Positions 28,369-38,972 are shown, numbered from the stretch's first letter. The stretch is DNA of 64,000 nucleotides from Clostridiales bacterium (GCA_004551945.1 SFPN01000005.1:10450-74449), one strand, 5' to 3'. Program-made: numbers and translations. Notes: a model not told the origin generated them from the sequence alone.

Positions 28369-29708
28369 ATCTCTTCCCCCTTTGCCCCCCGGCGGAGCCT
28401 GGCGATGAAGAAGCCGTCGGTGCCCGTCTGCTGGGGCCAGAGGGTACACTGGCCCCCCTCCACCGTGCCGATGGGGCCGGGCAGGGTGAACGCCTCCAGG
28501 GAGAAGTCCGGGTGACCGGCCAGAAAGGCCGCCGCCACGGCTTCGTTCTCCTCCTCCAGCAGGGTGCAGGTGGAGTAGAGCAGCACGCCGCCGGGGGCGA
28601 CGTAGCGGGAGGCGTTGTCCAGAATTTCCTTCTGGATCTGGGGCAGACCGGCGATCTCCTGGGGATTTTTGTAGCGGATCTCCGGCTTTTTCCGGAGAAC
28701 CCCCAGGCCGGAGCAGGGCACGTCGGCAATGACGGTCTCAAATGCCCCTTCCCAGGCGGGGCGGAAGGTTTTTCCGTCGGCCACCCGGGCGGTGATGGAG
28801 GTAAGGCCCAGGCGGGCGGCTCCCGCCTCGATGAGGACCTTTTTGTGGCTGTGCAGGTCGCAGGAGCAGATCTCCCCCTGGTCCCCCATGACCATGGCGG
28901 CGGCAAAGGACTTGCCCCCGGGGGCGGCGCACACATCCAGCACCTTCTGGCCCGGGGTGAGCCCGGCGGCCAGCACCGCCAGCTTGGCGGCGGGGTCCTG
29001 GGCGTAGAGCATCCCCTCCTGGTAAGCGGTCCGCTGGGCCAGGTCGCCGGTGCCGGTGAGGATCAGGCAGTCCGGCAGCCAAGGGTGCTTTTCCGCCGTG
29101 ACTCCCTCTGCCTCCAGGCTGGCAATCACCTGGGAGACGGTGCACCGGCAGGTGTTGACCTGGACAGTGACGGGAGGCTCGCTGTTGTCCCACCGGAGCA
29201 GCTCCTCGGTCTCCTGGGGGGACAGACGGCGGCGGAAAGCCTCCACCAGCCACTGGGGGTGGCTGTAGAGCAGGGAGAGGTAGGCCTCCGGGCTTTCGGC
29301 GTGGATGGCAGGCAGTTCGTCCAGGTGCCGGGTGATGTTTCGCAGGATGCCGTTGACCATCCCGGCGGCCCGGGGGTTTTTGCAGTGCTTTTTCGTCAGC
29401 TCCACCGCCTCGCTCACTGCTGCGTTGGGGGGAATCCTGGTGAGGAAAAGCATCTGGTACAGGCCCAGGCGCAGGTTGGCCAGGACCTTGCTCTCCATTT
29501 TGGACAGCTTCATGGTGGAGAAGTGCTGGAGGTAAAAATCCAGCAGCAGCTTGTTTTGCAGAACACCAAAGCAGAGACGGGTGGCCAGCGCGGCGTCCCG
29601 CCGGTCCAGGCCCTCGTCCCGGAGCACTTTTTTCAGGTGTCCGTTGGACCATGCCTTTTGCCGCTCCATAGCGGCTAAGGTCAGCAGGGCCGCCTCTCTT
29701 GCAGACAT
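28365..29708 (-). CDS. rsmB: 16S rRNA m5C967 methyltransferase
   Basis: NusB-like N-terminus, DVCAAPGGKS, DVPCSGLG, YSTCT, TDGFFIA. Confidence 0.95.
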   Translation of the reverse strand: MSAREAALLTLAAMERQKAWSNGHLKKVLRDEGLDRRDAALATRLCFGVLQNKLLLDFYLQHFSTMKLSKMESKVLANLRLGLYQMLFLTRIPPNAAVSEAVELTKKHCKNPRAAGMVNGILRNITRHLDELPAIHAESPEAYLSLLYSHPQWLVEAFRRRLSPQETEELLRWDNSEPPVTVQVNTCRCTVSQVIASLEAEGVTAEKHPWLPDCLILTGTGDLAQRTAYQEGMLYAQDPAAKLAVLAAGLTPGQKVLDVCAAPGGKSFAAAMVMGDQGEICSCDLHSHKKVLIEAGAARLGLTSITARVADGKTFRPAWEGAFETVIADVPCSGLGVLRKKPEIRYKNPQEIAGLPQIQKEILDNASRYVAPGGVLLYSTCTLLEEENEAVAAAFLAGHPDFSLEAFTLPGPIGTVEGGQCTLWPQQTGTDGFFIARLRRGAKGEEI

Positions 29709-29730
29709 GAGCCGTCTCTCCTTTCAACAG

Positions 29731-30651
29731 TTAATCAACGGGGATGGGGTGGCCCCTCAGATAGTCGGCGGCCTTCAGGCGCTTGCCGCCGTCAGCCTGC
29801 AGCTCGTTAATCTGAAGCACCGTGCCGCCGCCGCAGGCGATTTTCAGCCCCTTCTTGCCGGCGGCCACCACACAGCCGGGGGCCTTGCCGGTGGTCTCCT
29901 CCAGAACGGTTGTGGAGAATACCTTGCACCGGGTGCCGTTCAGCTCGGTCACCGCGGCGGGCCAGGGGATCAGGCCCCGGACCTGGTTGTGAAGCGCCCG
30001 GGCGGGACGGGTCCAGTCCATAGGGGACAGGGCCCGGCTGAGCATGGGGGCCAGGGTCACCTGGTCCTCTGCCTGAGGGATGGCCACGGCGGTGCCGTTT
30101 GCCAGCTTCTCCACGGTTTCGGGGAGAAGCTGAGCGCCCAGGTCCGCCAGACGGTCGTGGAGGTTCTCCACCGTCTCGTCCGGGTCAATGGGGGTGGCCT
30201 GCTGGGCCAGGATGTCCCCGGCGTCCAGGGCCAGGACCATCTTCATAATGGTCACGCCGCTCTCCTGGTCTCCGTTGAGGATGGCCCAGTGAATGGGGGC
30301 CGAGCCCCGGTACTTGGGCAGCAGGGAGGAGTGGACGTTGATGCACCCCAGCCTGGGGTAGTCCAGAATTTCCTGGGGCAGGATGCGTCCGTAGGCCGCC
30401 ACCACGATCAGGTCGGGGGCCAGTTCCTGGATCTGGGCCAGGGCAGTGCCGTCCCGCAGCTTCGTGGGCTGGAACACGGGAATGTCATGCGCCAGGGCGC
30501 ACACCTTCACCGGCGGCGGCTGGAGCTTCATGCCCCGGTTTTTGGGTTTGTCCGGCTGGGTGAACACCCCCACCACCTGGTGTCCTGCCGCCAGCAGGGC
30601 CTCCAGAGAGGGCACGGCGAAGTCCGGGGTGCCCATGAAGAGGATTCTCAT
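29731..30651 (-). CDS. fmt: Methionyl-tRNA formyltransferase
   Basis: MRILFMGTPDFAV, VAAYGRIL, INVHSSLLPKYRG. Confidence 0.97.
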   Translation of the reverse strand: MRILFMGTPDFAVPSLEALLAAGHQVVGVFTQPDKPKNRGMKLQPPPVKVCALAHDIPVFQPTKLRDGTALAQIQELAPDLIVVAAYGRILPQEILDYPRLGCINVHSSLLPKYRGSAPIHWAILNGDQESGVTIMKMVLALDAGDILAQQATPIDPDETVENLHDRLADLGAQLLPETVEKLANGTAVAIPQAEDQVTLAPMLSRALSPMDWTRPARALHNQVRGLIPWPAAVTELNGTRCKVFSTTVLEETTGKAPGCVVAAGKKGLKIACGGGTVLQINELQADGGKRLKAADYLRGHPIPVD

Positions 30652-31154
30652 GCTTCCTCGCCCTCTTCTTCCATGCTCTTGGAGAGGATCTCGTCCACCT
30701 CCTGCTCGGTGAACAGGCGGCCGCACTGCTCATAGTACATGTGGCCGTCCAGGTGCTCGGTCTCGTGGCAGAAGCACCGGGCGGTGATGCCCTCCCGGGT
30801 GTATTCCACCGGGTTGCCGTAGCGGTCCTGGGCCTTCAGGGTCACCTTCATGGGGCGCTTGACAATGCCGTACATGCCGGTGAGGCTCAGGCAGCCCTCA
30901 AAGCCCTCCTGCTCCCCTTCCTGGCTGACGATCTCGGGGTTTACCAGCTCCAGGTACTGCTCGTCGTCGTCCATGACCACCACAACCCGGCGAAGAATGC
31001 CGATCTGAGGAGCGGCCAGGCCCAGGCCGCCGGAGTCCTTTAAGGTGTCGGTCAGGTCCTTGAGCAGGGTGTGAAGCTTGGCGTCAAAGTTGGTGATGGG
31101 GTGGCACACCTTGTGCAGGGCGGGATCGTCTTTCTGAAGAATGGTCTTAATCAT
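30648..31154 (-). CDS. def: Peptide deformylase
   Basis: GLGLAAPQIG, EGCLS, HETEHLDG. Confidence 0.95.
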   Translation of the reverse strand: MIKTILQKDDPALHKVCHPITNFDAKLHTLLKDLTDTLKDSGGLGLAAPQIGILRRVVVVMDDDEQYLELVNPEIVSQEGEQEGFEGCLSLTGMYGIVKRPMKVTLKAQDRYGNPVEYTREGITARCFCHETEHLDGHMYYEQCGRLFTEQEVDEILSKSMEEEGEEA

Positions 31155-31184
31155 GATGGTAGTTCCTTCCTCTTAATCTGTAGT

Positions 31185-33650
31185 TTAGTCCATGGGGTTG
31201 ACATCCACCAGGAGGGACAGGCCCCGGTTCACCCGGTCCTGCTGGGCCGTCCTGAGGAGTTGGGCGATGGTCGCCCGGGTATCCCGATCGTTCCGGCCCT
31301 TGAGCAGAATGCAGTACCGGTAACGGTTGTTGACTTTCAAAACGCCGGCGGGGGCGGGTCCCAGGACCTCTGCCATCTTCCCTGCCTGCCGCCGGGCCTT
31401 GGCCCAGGGCTCCAGGCTCCGGCGGAGCACCGCGCACAGCCGCAGGACCTGGTCCTCCTGGGGGCCTGTCACAGTAACCCGGAACAGGTCGATGAAGGGA
31501 GGCAGGCAGAGGGTCTGCCGCAGGGCCTTTTCCTGGGCGTAGAACCCGTCGTAGTCCTGGTTAGCGGCCAGGCGGATCACGTCGTTGTCCGGGGTCCAGG
31601 TCTGCAGGACCGCCCGGCCGGGCTTGTCCCCCCGGCCGGCCCGTCCCACCACCTGAGTCAGCAGGGAAAAGGTCCGCTCGGCGGCCCGGTAGTTGTCCGC
31701 GTACAGGGACAGGTCCGCGTCAATGACCCCCACCAGGGTCACATTTTCAAAATCCAGGCCCTTGGTGACCATCTGGGTGCCCAGAAGGATGGGCACCTTT
31801 TTCCGCCGGAACCGGTCCAGCAGGACCTCATGAGACTGGGAGGCGGAGATGGTGTCCGCGTCCATCCGCATGATCTCGGCGCCCGGGTACCTGGCCTGAA
31901 GCTCCTCCTGGAGCTTTTGGGTGCCCATTCCCAGAAACCGCAGGCGGCCATAGCACTGGGGGCACAGGTCGGGCAGGGGCTCTGAGTGGCCGCAGTAGTG
32001 GCACATGAGCCGGCCGTTGGCGCTGTGGTAGGTCAGGTGGACCGAGCACCGGGGACAGGTAGGCACCTGGCCGCAGTCCGCGCAGGCCACCATACGGCTG
32101 TTGCCCCGGCGGTTGAGAAAGAGGATGCTCTGCTCTCCCCGCCGGAGGTTTTCCTCCAGTTCCCGGCACAGCAGGTCGGACAGGCCGGTGTTGTTGCCCT
32201 GGCGCAGGGCCTCCCCCATGTCGGTGATGGACACCTGGGGTAAGGCGTGGTTGTTGTATCGTTTGTCTAAGGTAAAAAGGTGGTAGCGCCCCTCTTCGGC
32301 GGCGTACCGGCTGTCCACCCCCGGGGTGGCGGAGCCCAGCAGCAGCAGGCCGCCGTGCTGGGTGCACCGGAACTTGGCCACCTCCCGGGCGTGGTAGCGC
32401 ACCATGCTCTCGGACTGGTAACTGCTCTCCTGCTCCTCGTCCAGAATGATGAGGCCGGGGTTTTCCAGGGGGGCAAACACCGCCGAGCGGGTCCCCACCA
32501 CCACCTTGGCCAGGCCCTCCCGCACCCGCTTCCACTCGTCGTACCGCTCTCCGGCGGACAGACAGCTGTGGAGCACCGCCACCTGGCGGCCGAAGTGGGA
32601 CAGGAAGATTTGAAGCAGGCTGGGGGTCAGGGCGATCTCCGGCACCAGGACGATGGCCCCCCGGCCCTGGTCCAGCACCTGCCGGATCAGGTGGAGATAC
32701 ACCTGGGTTTTGCCGCTGCCCGTGACCCCGTAGAGCAGGGCCGCCTGGGGCTTTTTCGTGTTCAGCAGGGCGGACAGGCCCTCGCAGGCCCGCTGCTGCT
32801 GGTGGTTCAACTGAGATAAGGGCCGCAGCTCCCCTTCCGGGGGCAGGACCCGGCGGAACACCTCCTGCTCCTCCAGGGTGATGACCCCGCTTTTGGCAAG
32901 GCTCCGGAGGGTCTGCATGGAGGCCCCGGTAAAGTAGCACAGCTCTTTGGTCCCGGCGCTGCCCAGGCCGCAGAGCAGCTCGGTCACCGCGTACCGCATG
33001 GGGGCGGTTTTGCGCCTGGGGGTCACCAGAGCCATGGCGTCCTCCGGCTTCATGGCCAGATGGGCCATTTTTTCGGTCTTGTCCCCCACCTTCCGCTTGG
33101 CCTGGGTCCGGCGCTGGACCAGCCCCGCCTTCTCCATCTCCCGCAGGGTGCCCCGGGGGTCCTTCAGGTCGGGGATGGCCTTCAGCTGATCCAGCTCCAG
33201 GGCACCGCCGTTGGCGTAGAAGAGATCCAGCAAACGGGTGGCCTTGGGGGAGTGCGCCGCCCAGTTGTAGGCGGTCTCCTTGTCCAGGCCCCCGGTGAGC
33301 TGCCAGCCCTCCTTCAGCACATACCAAAGGCCGGTGGGCAGCATGGTGGCAGCGGCGGCATACAGGGTGCAGAAGAACCGCTCCCGCATCCACAGGGCCA
33401 GCTGGAGCCCCTCCCGGCTGAGAACCGGGGTCTCGTCCAGCAGGGTGCGGATCTGCTTGAGCTTGCCCCGGGGTTTGCCCTCCTCCAGGGAGAGCACCAG
33501 TCCCTCGCTGGGGCGGTTTCCGGTGCCGAAGGGCACCAGCACCCGCATCCCCGGCTCCAGCCGGGCCTCCAGCTCGGGGGGCACGGCGTAGGAATAGGGC
33601 CGGTCAATGGCGAAGGTGGCGGCGGAAAGGGCGATCTTGGCAAGTTTCAT
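31185..33650 (-). CDS. priA: Primosomal protein N'
   Basis: GVTGSGKT, LVPEIALT, DEEQE, four CxxC pairs, GTQMVTKG, QVVGRAGR. Confidence 0.96.
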   Translation of the reverse strand: MKLAKIALSAATFAIDRPYSYAVPPELEARLEPGMRVLVPFGTGNRPSEGLVLSLEEGKPRGKLKQIRTLLDETPVLSREGLQLALWMRERFFCTLYAAAATMLPTGLWYVLKEGWQLTGGLDKETAYNWAAHSPKATRLLDLFYANGGALELDQLKAIPDLKDPRGTLREMEKAGLVQRRTQAKRKVGDKTEKMAHLAMKPEDAMALVTPRRKTAPMRYAVTELLCGLGSAGTKELCYFTGASMQTLRSLAKSGVITLEEQEVFRRVLPPEGELRPLSQLNHQQQRACEGLSALLNTKKPQAALLYGVTGSGKTQVYLHLIRQVLDQGRGAIVLVPEIALTPSLLQIFLSHFGRQVAVLHSCLSAGERYDEWKRVREGLAKVVVGTRSAVFAPLENPGLIILDEEQESSYQSESMVRYHAREVAKFRCTQHGGLLLLGSATPGVDSRYAAEEGRYHLFTLDKRYNNHALPQVSITDMGEALRQGNNTGLSDLLCRELEENLRRGEQSILFLNRRGNSRMVACADCGQVPTCPRCSVHLTYHSANGRLMCHYCGHSEPLPDLCPQCYGRLRFLGMGTQKLQEELQARYPGAEIMRMDADTISASQSHEVLLDRFRRKKVPILLGTQMVTKGLDFENVTLVGVIDADLSLYADNYRAAERTFSLLTQVVGRAGRGDKPGRAVLQTWTPDNDVIRLAANQDYDGFYAQEKALRQTLCLPPFIDLFRVTVTGPQEDQVLRLCAVLRRSLEPWAKARRQAGKMAEVLGPAPAGVLKVNNRYRYCILLKGRNDRDTRATIAQLLRTAQQDRVNRGLSLLVDVNPMD

Positions 33651-33683
33651 GGGGCTGCCCCCTCCCTCCGGTTCCCGGACCGG

Positions 33684-33932
33684 TTACCCGGCAGGAAGGG
33701 TCTCCTCCTCTTCTTCTGCCGCAGGCTCAGACGGGACTTCCGCAGGCTCCTGGGGCAGCTTGCCCTGGGCGATCTCCTGGATGGCGATGCTGACGGGCTT
33801 ATCCTCCAGCATGATATCCTGGCTCTCCGCCTGGGCGGCAATCTGCCGGGCCCGGGCAGCCACCACGTTCACCAGCTTATAGCGGCTGGGAACCTGTTCT
33901 AAGAGTTCGTTCATTGCGGGATACAGCATCAT
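33684..33932 (-). CDS. rpoZ: RNA polymerase omega subunit
   Basis: SRYKLVNVVAARARQI, KPVSIAIQEI; follows gmk. Confidence 0.93.
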   Translation of the reverse strand: MMLYPAMNELLEQVPSRYKLVNVVAARARQIAAQAESQDIMLEDKPVSIAIQEIAQGKLPQEPAEVPSEPAAEEEEETLPAG

Positions 33933-33938
33933 AACGCA

Positions 33939-34538
33939 TTACACTCCTTCTACTAAATGGATCCGCCGGTCCTTCCGGCAGCGCTCCGCGGTGAGGATGG
34001 CGAAGAATTCCTCCACCGCGCCCTCCACCGTATCGTTGACGATGATATAGTCGTAATTCTTCACTTCCCTGGCCTCCACCCGGGCGATGGCCAGCCGCTT
34101 CTGGATGGTCTCCTCCGAGTCGGTGCCCCGGGCGTGAAGGCGGCGGGAGAGCTCCTCAAAGGAAGGGGGAACGATGAACAGAGACACGGCCTCAGGCATC
34201 TTTTCCAACACCTTGGCCGCCCCCTGCACCTCAATTTCCAGGAGCACGTCGGTGCCCTGGTCCAGCTTCTGGCGGATCACCGCCAGGGAGGTGCCGTAGA
34301 AGTTGCCGTTGTACTCCGCGTACTCCAGAAACTCCCCCCGGTCAATCCGCCGCTGGAAGTCTTCCCGGGTGACAAAGTTGTAATTCACCCCGTCCACTTC
34401 CCCCTCCCGGGGAGCCCGGGTGGTGAAGGAAACGGAATAGTAAATCTCCGGCCGCTGGGCCAGCACCTGGGTGATGATGGTGTTCTTGCCCACCCCGGAA
34501 AACCCGGAGAGCACAATAAGGGTACCTTTCTTGTTCAT
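33939..34538 (-). CDS. gmk: Guanylate kinase
   Basis: [30 protein letters not shown]. Confidence 0.96.
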   Translation of the reverse strand: MNKKGTLIVLSGFSGVGKNTIITQVLAQRPEIYYSVSFTTRAPREGEVDGVNYNFVTREDFQRRIDRGEFLEYAEYNGNFYGTSLAVIRQKLDQGTDVLLEIEVQGAAKVLEKMPEAVSLFIVPPSFEELSRRLHARGTDSEETIQKRLAIARVEAREVKNYDYIIVNDTVEGAVEEFFAILTAERCRKDRRIHLVEGV

Positions 34539-34798
34539 TCTTCTTCCTCCCCTGAGATCTCTTCCCGTCCGTTCAGGCGGCCGGCCACGGTCTCCGGCTG
34601 CAGGGCGGAGAGGATGATATGGTCACTGTCCGTAATGAGGACCGCCCGGGTGCGGCGGCCATAGGTGGCGTCCACCAGGATGCCCCGATCCCGGGCATCC
34701 TGGACCATCCGCTTAATGGGGGCCGACTCAGGGCTCACGATGGCGATCAGCCGTCCGGCCGAAACCATGTTGCCAAAGCCAATGTTGATGAGCTTCAA
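34535..34798 (-). CDS. remA: RemA/DUF370 family regulator
   Basis: [31 protein letters not shown] start with GGAGG RBS. Confidence 0.93.
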   Translation of the reverse strand: MKLINIGFGNMVSAGRLIAIVSPESAPIKRMVQDARDRGILVDATYGRRTRAVLITDSDHIILSALQPETVAGRLNGREEISGEEEE

Positions 34799-34816
34799 GG
34801 GCGCTCCTCCTTCTCC

Positions 34817-35695
34817 TTACTCAATGTTCTGCACCTGTTCCCGGATCTTTTCGATCTCGCCTTTGATCTCCACCACCAGGCGGGCCATCTCCACGTCGCT
34901 GCACTTGGAGCCGATGGTGTTGGCCTCCCGGTTAAACTCCTGGATCAAAAAGTCCAGCTTCCGGCCGATGGCGCCCCCCTGGGCCAGCATGTCCTCCAGC
35001 TGCTCCAGGTGGCTGTGCAGGCGGACGGTTTCCTCGTCCACCGCCACCTTGTCGGCAAAGATGGCCGCCTCGGTGAGGATGCGGCTCTCGTCCAGCTGGG
35101 TGTTGGCCAGAACCTCCTCCATCCGCTGGCGGAGCTTTTCCCGGTATTCGGCCACGGTTTTGGGGGACCGTTCCTCCACCTGGGCCAGCAGGGCGGCGAT
35201 GTTCCCCGCCTTGCTGCGCACGTCCTCAGCCAGCTTGGCCCCCTCCCGGGCCCGCATGGCGTTAAAGTCCTCCAGGGCCAGATCCAGCACCTGGGAAATA
35301 TCCTGGGCGATCACATCCGCGTCCCCCTGTTCCTTTTCCACCAGGAACACGTCAGGGAAGCGGGAGAGCAGGGACACGGAGATGTCGTCCCGCAGGTCAT
35401 AGGTATCCCGCAGCTGGGTCAGGGCGGCGTAATAGCCGTCGGCCACAGGGCGGTTCAGGCTCACCGCCACCTTGTCGGCGGCGGTGCTGTCGATGGTCAC
35501 AAACACGTCCAGCTTGCCCCGGGCCACCTTCTTCTGGACCTGGGACTTGATGGTCTCCTCAGCAAACACATACAGCCGGGGAATCTTCACGGAGCAGTCC
35601 AGATACCGGTTGTTCACGGCCCGCAGCTCCACGGTGATGGTACGGTCGTGAAGGACGCTTTCGCCCCGGCCGTAGCCCGTCATGCTTCGAATCAA
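34817..35695 (-). CDS. YicC/YloC family endoribonuclease
   Basis: SMTGYG, VNNRYLD, GRKLDFLIQEFNREANTIGSK, EKIREQVQNIE; probable TTG start. Confidence 0.94.
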   Translation of the reverse strand: MIRSMTGYGRGESVLHDRTITVELRAVNNRYLDCSVKIPRLYVFAEETIKSQVQKKVARGKLDVFVTIDSTAADKVAVSLNRPVADGYYAALTQLRDTYDLRDDISVSLLSRFPDVFLVEKEQGDADVIAQDISQVLDLALEDFNAMRAREGAKLAEDVRSKAGNIAALLAQVEERSPKTVAEYREKLRQRMEEVLANTQLDESRILTEAAIFADKVAVDEETVRLHSHLEQLEDMLAQGGAIGRKLDFLIQEFNREANTIGSKCSDVEMARLVVEIKGEIEKIREQVQNIE

Positions 35696-35753
35696 GAGAA
35701 ACACCTCATTTTTCCTCTGTAGATTGGTCAGGGCCTCGCCCCGGAAACGCGCG

Positions 35754-36353
35754 TTAGTTACACATGTCGCACAGGCAGTTCAGGCAGCACAGGGTGGTGC
35801 AGAGGGTGTCCAGGTCGTTGCCCCGGTAGCTCCCCCGGGTGGTCTGCATACCGATGCTGTTGAGCGCCTGACGGTACTCCTGGTTGTTGGGGTCCATGCT
35901 GCAGGCAGTCCAGAAGTTCTGGCGGGCATCGTCCATCCAGCCCCGGCGGTAGGCGACGGTGCCCATGAGATAGTACCACTCGGCGCTGCTGGTCCGGGTG
36001 GAGCGCAGGATGCGCTCGGCCTCCCCCAGGTTGTTCTGGTTGATGAGCTGGCGGACCTGATGGAACACCGGGTCTCTATACTGGCCACCGGTGCTCTGGC
36101 TGGAGCTGTAGCCCCCGCCATAGCCTCCATTGTAGCCGCCGGAAGACTGCTGATAGCCGCCCTGGGTCCGCATCTTCACGATGGCGTCGTAGGCCTCGTT
36201 GATCTCCTTCATCTTGGCCTCCGCCAGGTCGGCCAGGGGATTGTTGGCGTAGTTGTCAGGGTGGTACTTTTTCACCAGCTCCCGGTACGCCCGCTTGACC
36301 TCCTCATCGCTGGCGGAGGAACTGACGCCCAACACGGCATAGGGATCGTTCAT
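35754..36353 (-). CDS. J-domain protein with TPR-like helices and Cys-rich C-terminus
   Basis: DPYAVLGV...KKYHPD...EINEAYD, Gly/Tyr-rich linker, AEWYYLMG helix, tail [15 protein letters not shown]. Confidence 0.85.
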   Translation of the reverse strand: MNDPYAVLGVSSSASDEEVKRAYRELVKKYHPDNYANNPLADLAEAKMKEINEAYDAIVKMRTQGGYQQSSGGYNGGYGGGYSSSQSTGGQYRDPVFHQVRQLINQNNLGEAERILRSTRTSSAEWYYLMGTVAYRRGWMDDARQNFWTACSMDPNNQEYRQALNSIGMQTTRGSYRGNDLDTLCTTLCCLNCLCDMCN

Positions 36354-36376
36354 AGTGTAGTCTCCTTATTATCTCC

Positions 36377-37258
36377 TCAAATGGCTTGAGGTTCTTTTCG
36401 CTTTTTTCTGCTTCGCTTCCGCCACTGGCCGGTAAACACGGCCTCCTCCACGGCGGGCAGGCCCTGACCCAGGATGTGGCCCAGCAGGCTCTCCCACTCC
36501 CCCCAGTCCAGCAGGGAAAAGGCGGTGTCCGCCACCCCCAGGGAGGCGTGCATGGTCTCCCGCAGGCGGGTTTTCTGCTCCTCCGCCTGGTCCCCCCAGA
36601 GGGCCAGCAGAGGGTTGTAGCTGCCCTGCCGGCGGTCCTGGGCCAGGTCGTCCCAGGCGTCCGCCAGGTAGATCCACCGGCCCACGTGGTAGAGAATCTG
36701 CCCCACGGCGCTCTCCCGGGCCTGGGGCCCCACCCCGGTGGCCGCTCCCTGGAGAATCCGGGCGAAGGTGTCCGCCGGCCGGTCCAGGGAGGGGGTGTTC
36801 TCCTCCTCCAGCTGGTGGAGCTGGTCCAGGCAGTCCGCCACCAGCCGGTCAAAGTCCGGCCGCTGGGCCGCCGCCTGGCGGTAGCTGCCTTTAAGGGCCA
36901 GGCTGGCTCCCCGGGCGGCCAGCTTTTCCTTCCAGTCCCCGTCCCGGAGGGTGTCCTGGAGCTGCCACCAGGTGAGAATCACGCAGGTGTCCGCCGCCTG
37001 GATCAGGGCCGGGCTGTTCAGCCAGCAGGCCTTCTTCTTCCAGGGGTGGATGGGACAGGGACAGGCCGGAAAAGCACAGGCTTCCTCCGGCGGGGCCAGG
37101 AGGATGGCCAGGAAAACAAAGTCGTAATTCAAAATGAGCCGGGCCTGCCAGCCGTACCGGTCCCCCAGGGTCCGGCACAGGCCGCAGTAGACGCCCTCAT
37201 AGCGCTGGGCGTCCTCAGAGCTCAGAACGGAGGTGACCGCTCTTACATACCCGAACAT
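36377..37258 (-). CDS. DUF5685-like uncharacterised protein
   Basis: MFGYVR...YCGLCRTLG...LNYDFVFLAIL, CPIHPWKK, GRWIYLADAWDDLAQD...YNPL. Confidence 0.75.
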   Translation of the reverse strand: MFGYVRAVTSVLSSEDAQRYEGVYCGLCRTLGDRYGWQARLILNYDFVFLAILLAPPEEACAFPACPCPIHPWKKKACWLNSPALIQAADTCVILTWWQLQDTLRDGDWKEKLAARGASLALKGSYRQAAAQRPDFDRLVADCLDQLHQLEEENTPSLDRPADTFARILQGAATGVGPQARESAVGQILYHVGRWIYLADAWDDLAQDRRQGSYNPLLALWGDQAEEQKTRLRETMHASLGVADTAFSLLDWGEWESLLGHILGQGLPAVEEAVFTGQWRKRSRKKRKEPQAI

Positions 37259-37686
37259 GCCTTCTTAATCTCCACAATGTGAAACCGCAGGCCGTTTTGC
37301 TTTTTCATGTGGCGGTCCCAGCCCACAGCCACCAGGATTCCCACCACAAAGCCTACGAACGCGGACAGAACCTGGATGCCCTCCCCGCCCAGGGAGAGAG
37401 ACACCGCCAGGCCGTAAAAGACCAGGGCCAGAATCAGCGGCAGGATATAGACGATGGCGGCGGTTTTGAAGAAGGCGGCGTTCTCGCTGCGCACCTTGAC
37501 AATGTCGCCCTTGCCCGCGTGGGCGTCGTTATAGGCCACCACCACCGTGTGGGTGTTGGTCATCATTTTCTCGCATCCGGCGCACTCCGCGCAGCTGTGG
37601 GCCGCGCCGCAGGCGGTCTCCCGCTCCACGGCGATCTGGGCCATGCCGTTTTCCAGGATGTTTTTTACCACTGCTATTTGCTCCAT
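37243..37686 (-). CDS. RseC/MucC family membrane protein
   Basis: RETACGAAHSCAECAGC, GDIVKV, IVYILPL followed by two TM helices. Confidence 0.8.
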   Translation of the reverse strand: MEQIAVVKNILENGMAQIAVERETACGAAHSCAECAGCEKMMTNTHTVVVAYNDAHAGKGDIVKVRSENAAFFKTAAIVYILPLILALVFYGLAVSLSLGGEGIQVLSAFVGFVVGILVAVGWDRHMKKQNGLRFHIVEIKKACSGM

Positions 37687-37736
37687 AGAAACCTCCCGCG
37701 CCCTTTGGCGCACTGTGTGCAAGCCGCTGCCTGATC

Positions 37737-38972
37737 CTACCTGGTCAGGGTAAGGGCCACACTATAGTTGGTACCGATTATTCCAACGCCCTCCAGGCCC
37801 TCTCCCACCAGGGAGACCTTGGCCGGCAGGCGCTGGAGCTCGTCCCCCAGGTTGGCCCGGGCCAGATCCACCTCCACGGCGATCTGGTTGGCGTTCATCT
37901 GGGCCACCAGACTGGGGTCCCCCCGGACCCACACATAGAGGGTGGGGTTCACCAGCTGGGCGGTGTATCCCTGGGGTACGTTTTTCAGCGTAATGTTTTC
38001 TGTTGCCATCTGCCGGCTGGCCAGCTTTTCCAGGGACAGGGTCACGGTGGCAAAGCTGGGGCAGTTCCAGCCGGTGACCCCTTCGGGCAGCTGGATGGGC
38101 AGGGAATAGGACGTTTTGCCGTAGACCTGGCTCAGGTCAATGGTGCCCAGAGAGATGCTCTCGGGCAGGTTCAACCCATCCCCCTCCTCCACCACAGTCA
38201 CGGAGGACGGGGAGATGATGCAGTCCGCGTCCTCCGCCATGGCGCCGCCGCCGGGCTGGAGGGTGACGGTCAAGGGGATGGACACCACCCGGCGCACCGG
38301 CACCGTCACCTGGACGGAGGTGGCGCTGATGGTGACATTTTTCACGTCGGCGGCCTGGCCGTCCGTCCCCATGAGAACCACGTTCACCTGCTCCTGGATG
38401 GTGTCGCTCACCGACTCGCCCCCCACCTGAACTAGGGCGTAGGAGACCTGGTCCAGACTTTCCGAGGGGCCTTTTATCACCAGGGTGGCGGGGTCGGTTT
38501 CCACCGTTCCTGCCAGGCAGCCGTCCGCCTCGGTGCCGATAAACTCACCCCGGACGGGGATGGTCTTGCTCTCCTGCTTCCGGACGGTGACGGTTACTTT
38601 CATGTCATTCCAGCTGGACACGGAGATGCTGTCCGTGCTCACCTGGGTGGGGAACACCGGCCGGCAGGTCAGGTCCCACTCCCCCACTTCGGTGATGGAG
38701 GACACGTCCACCGTCAGGTATACGTTCTTCTTGTCCAGCCGCATCAGGGTCTTTTTCTTGCCGGTGACCTTCAGGTTCATCCGCTCTTCGCTCAGCTCCG
38801 TGACCATCAGGCCCCGGCTCTCCAGGGTCTCTTCCCCCTGGACCTCCACCGCCAGGTCCCGCAGGTGGCCGCTGCCGGTGGGGTTTTCCACGTTCACCAC
38901 ATACAGCCACAGGCCCATGGAAATGAGAACTGCCAAGGCCATGTTGAGGATCTTCCGCTTTGTGCTTTTCAT
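37737..38972 (-). CDS. cdaR: CdaR (YbbR-repeat) diadenylate cyclase regulator
   Basis: N-terminal TM helix LWLYVVNVENP, repeated beta-rich domains, directly after cdaA. Confidence 0.88.
   Translation of the reverse strand: MKSTKRKILNMALAVLISMGLWLYVVNVENPTGSGHLRDLAVEVQGEETLESRGLMVTELSEERMNLKVTGKKKTLMRLDKKNVYLTVDVSSITEVGEWDLTCRPVFPTQVSTDSISVSSWNDMKVTVTVRKQESKTIPVRGEFIGTEADGCLAGTVETDPATLVIKGPSESLDQVSYALVQVGGESVSDTIQEQVNVVLMGTDGQAADVKNVTISATSVQVTVPVRRVVSIPLTVTLQPGGGAMAEDADCIISPSSVTVVEEGDGLNLPESISLGTIDLSQVYGKTSYSLPIQLPEGVTGWNCPSFATVTLSLEKLASRQMATENITLKNVPQGYTAQLVNPTLYVWVRGDPSLVAQMNANQIAVEVDLARANLGDELQRLPAKVSLVGEGLEGVGIIGTNYSVALTLTR

Noticed and set aside
30648..31154. HETEH instead of HEXDH in Def
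   Set aside because: HEXXH, EGCLS and motif 1 are intact, so it is probably a neutral variant
33651..33683. No coaBC between rpoZ and priA
   Set aside because: Could simply be located elsewhere; cannot be judged from this window
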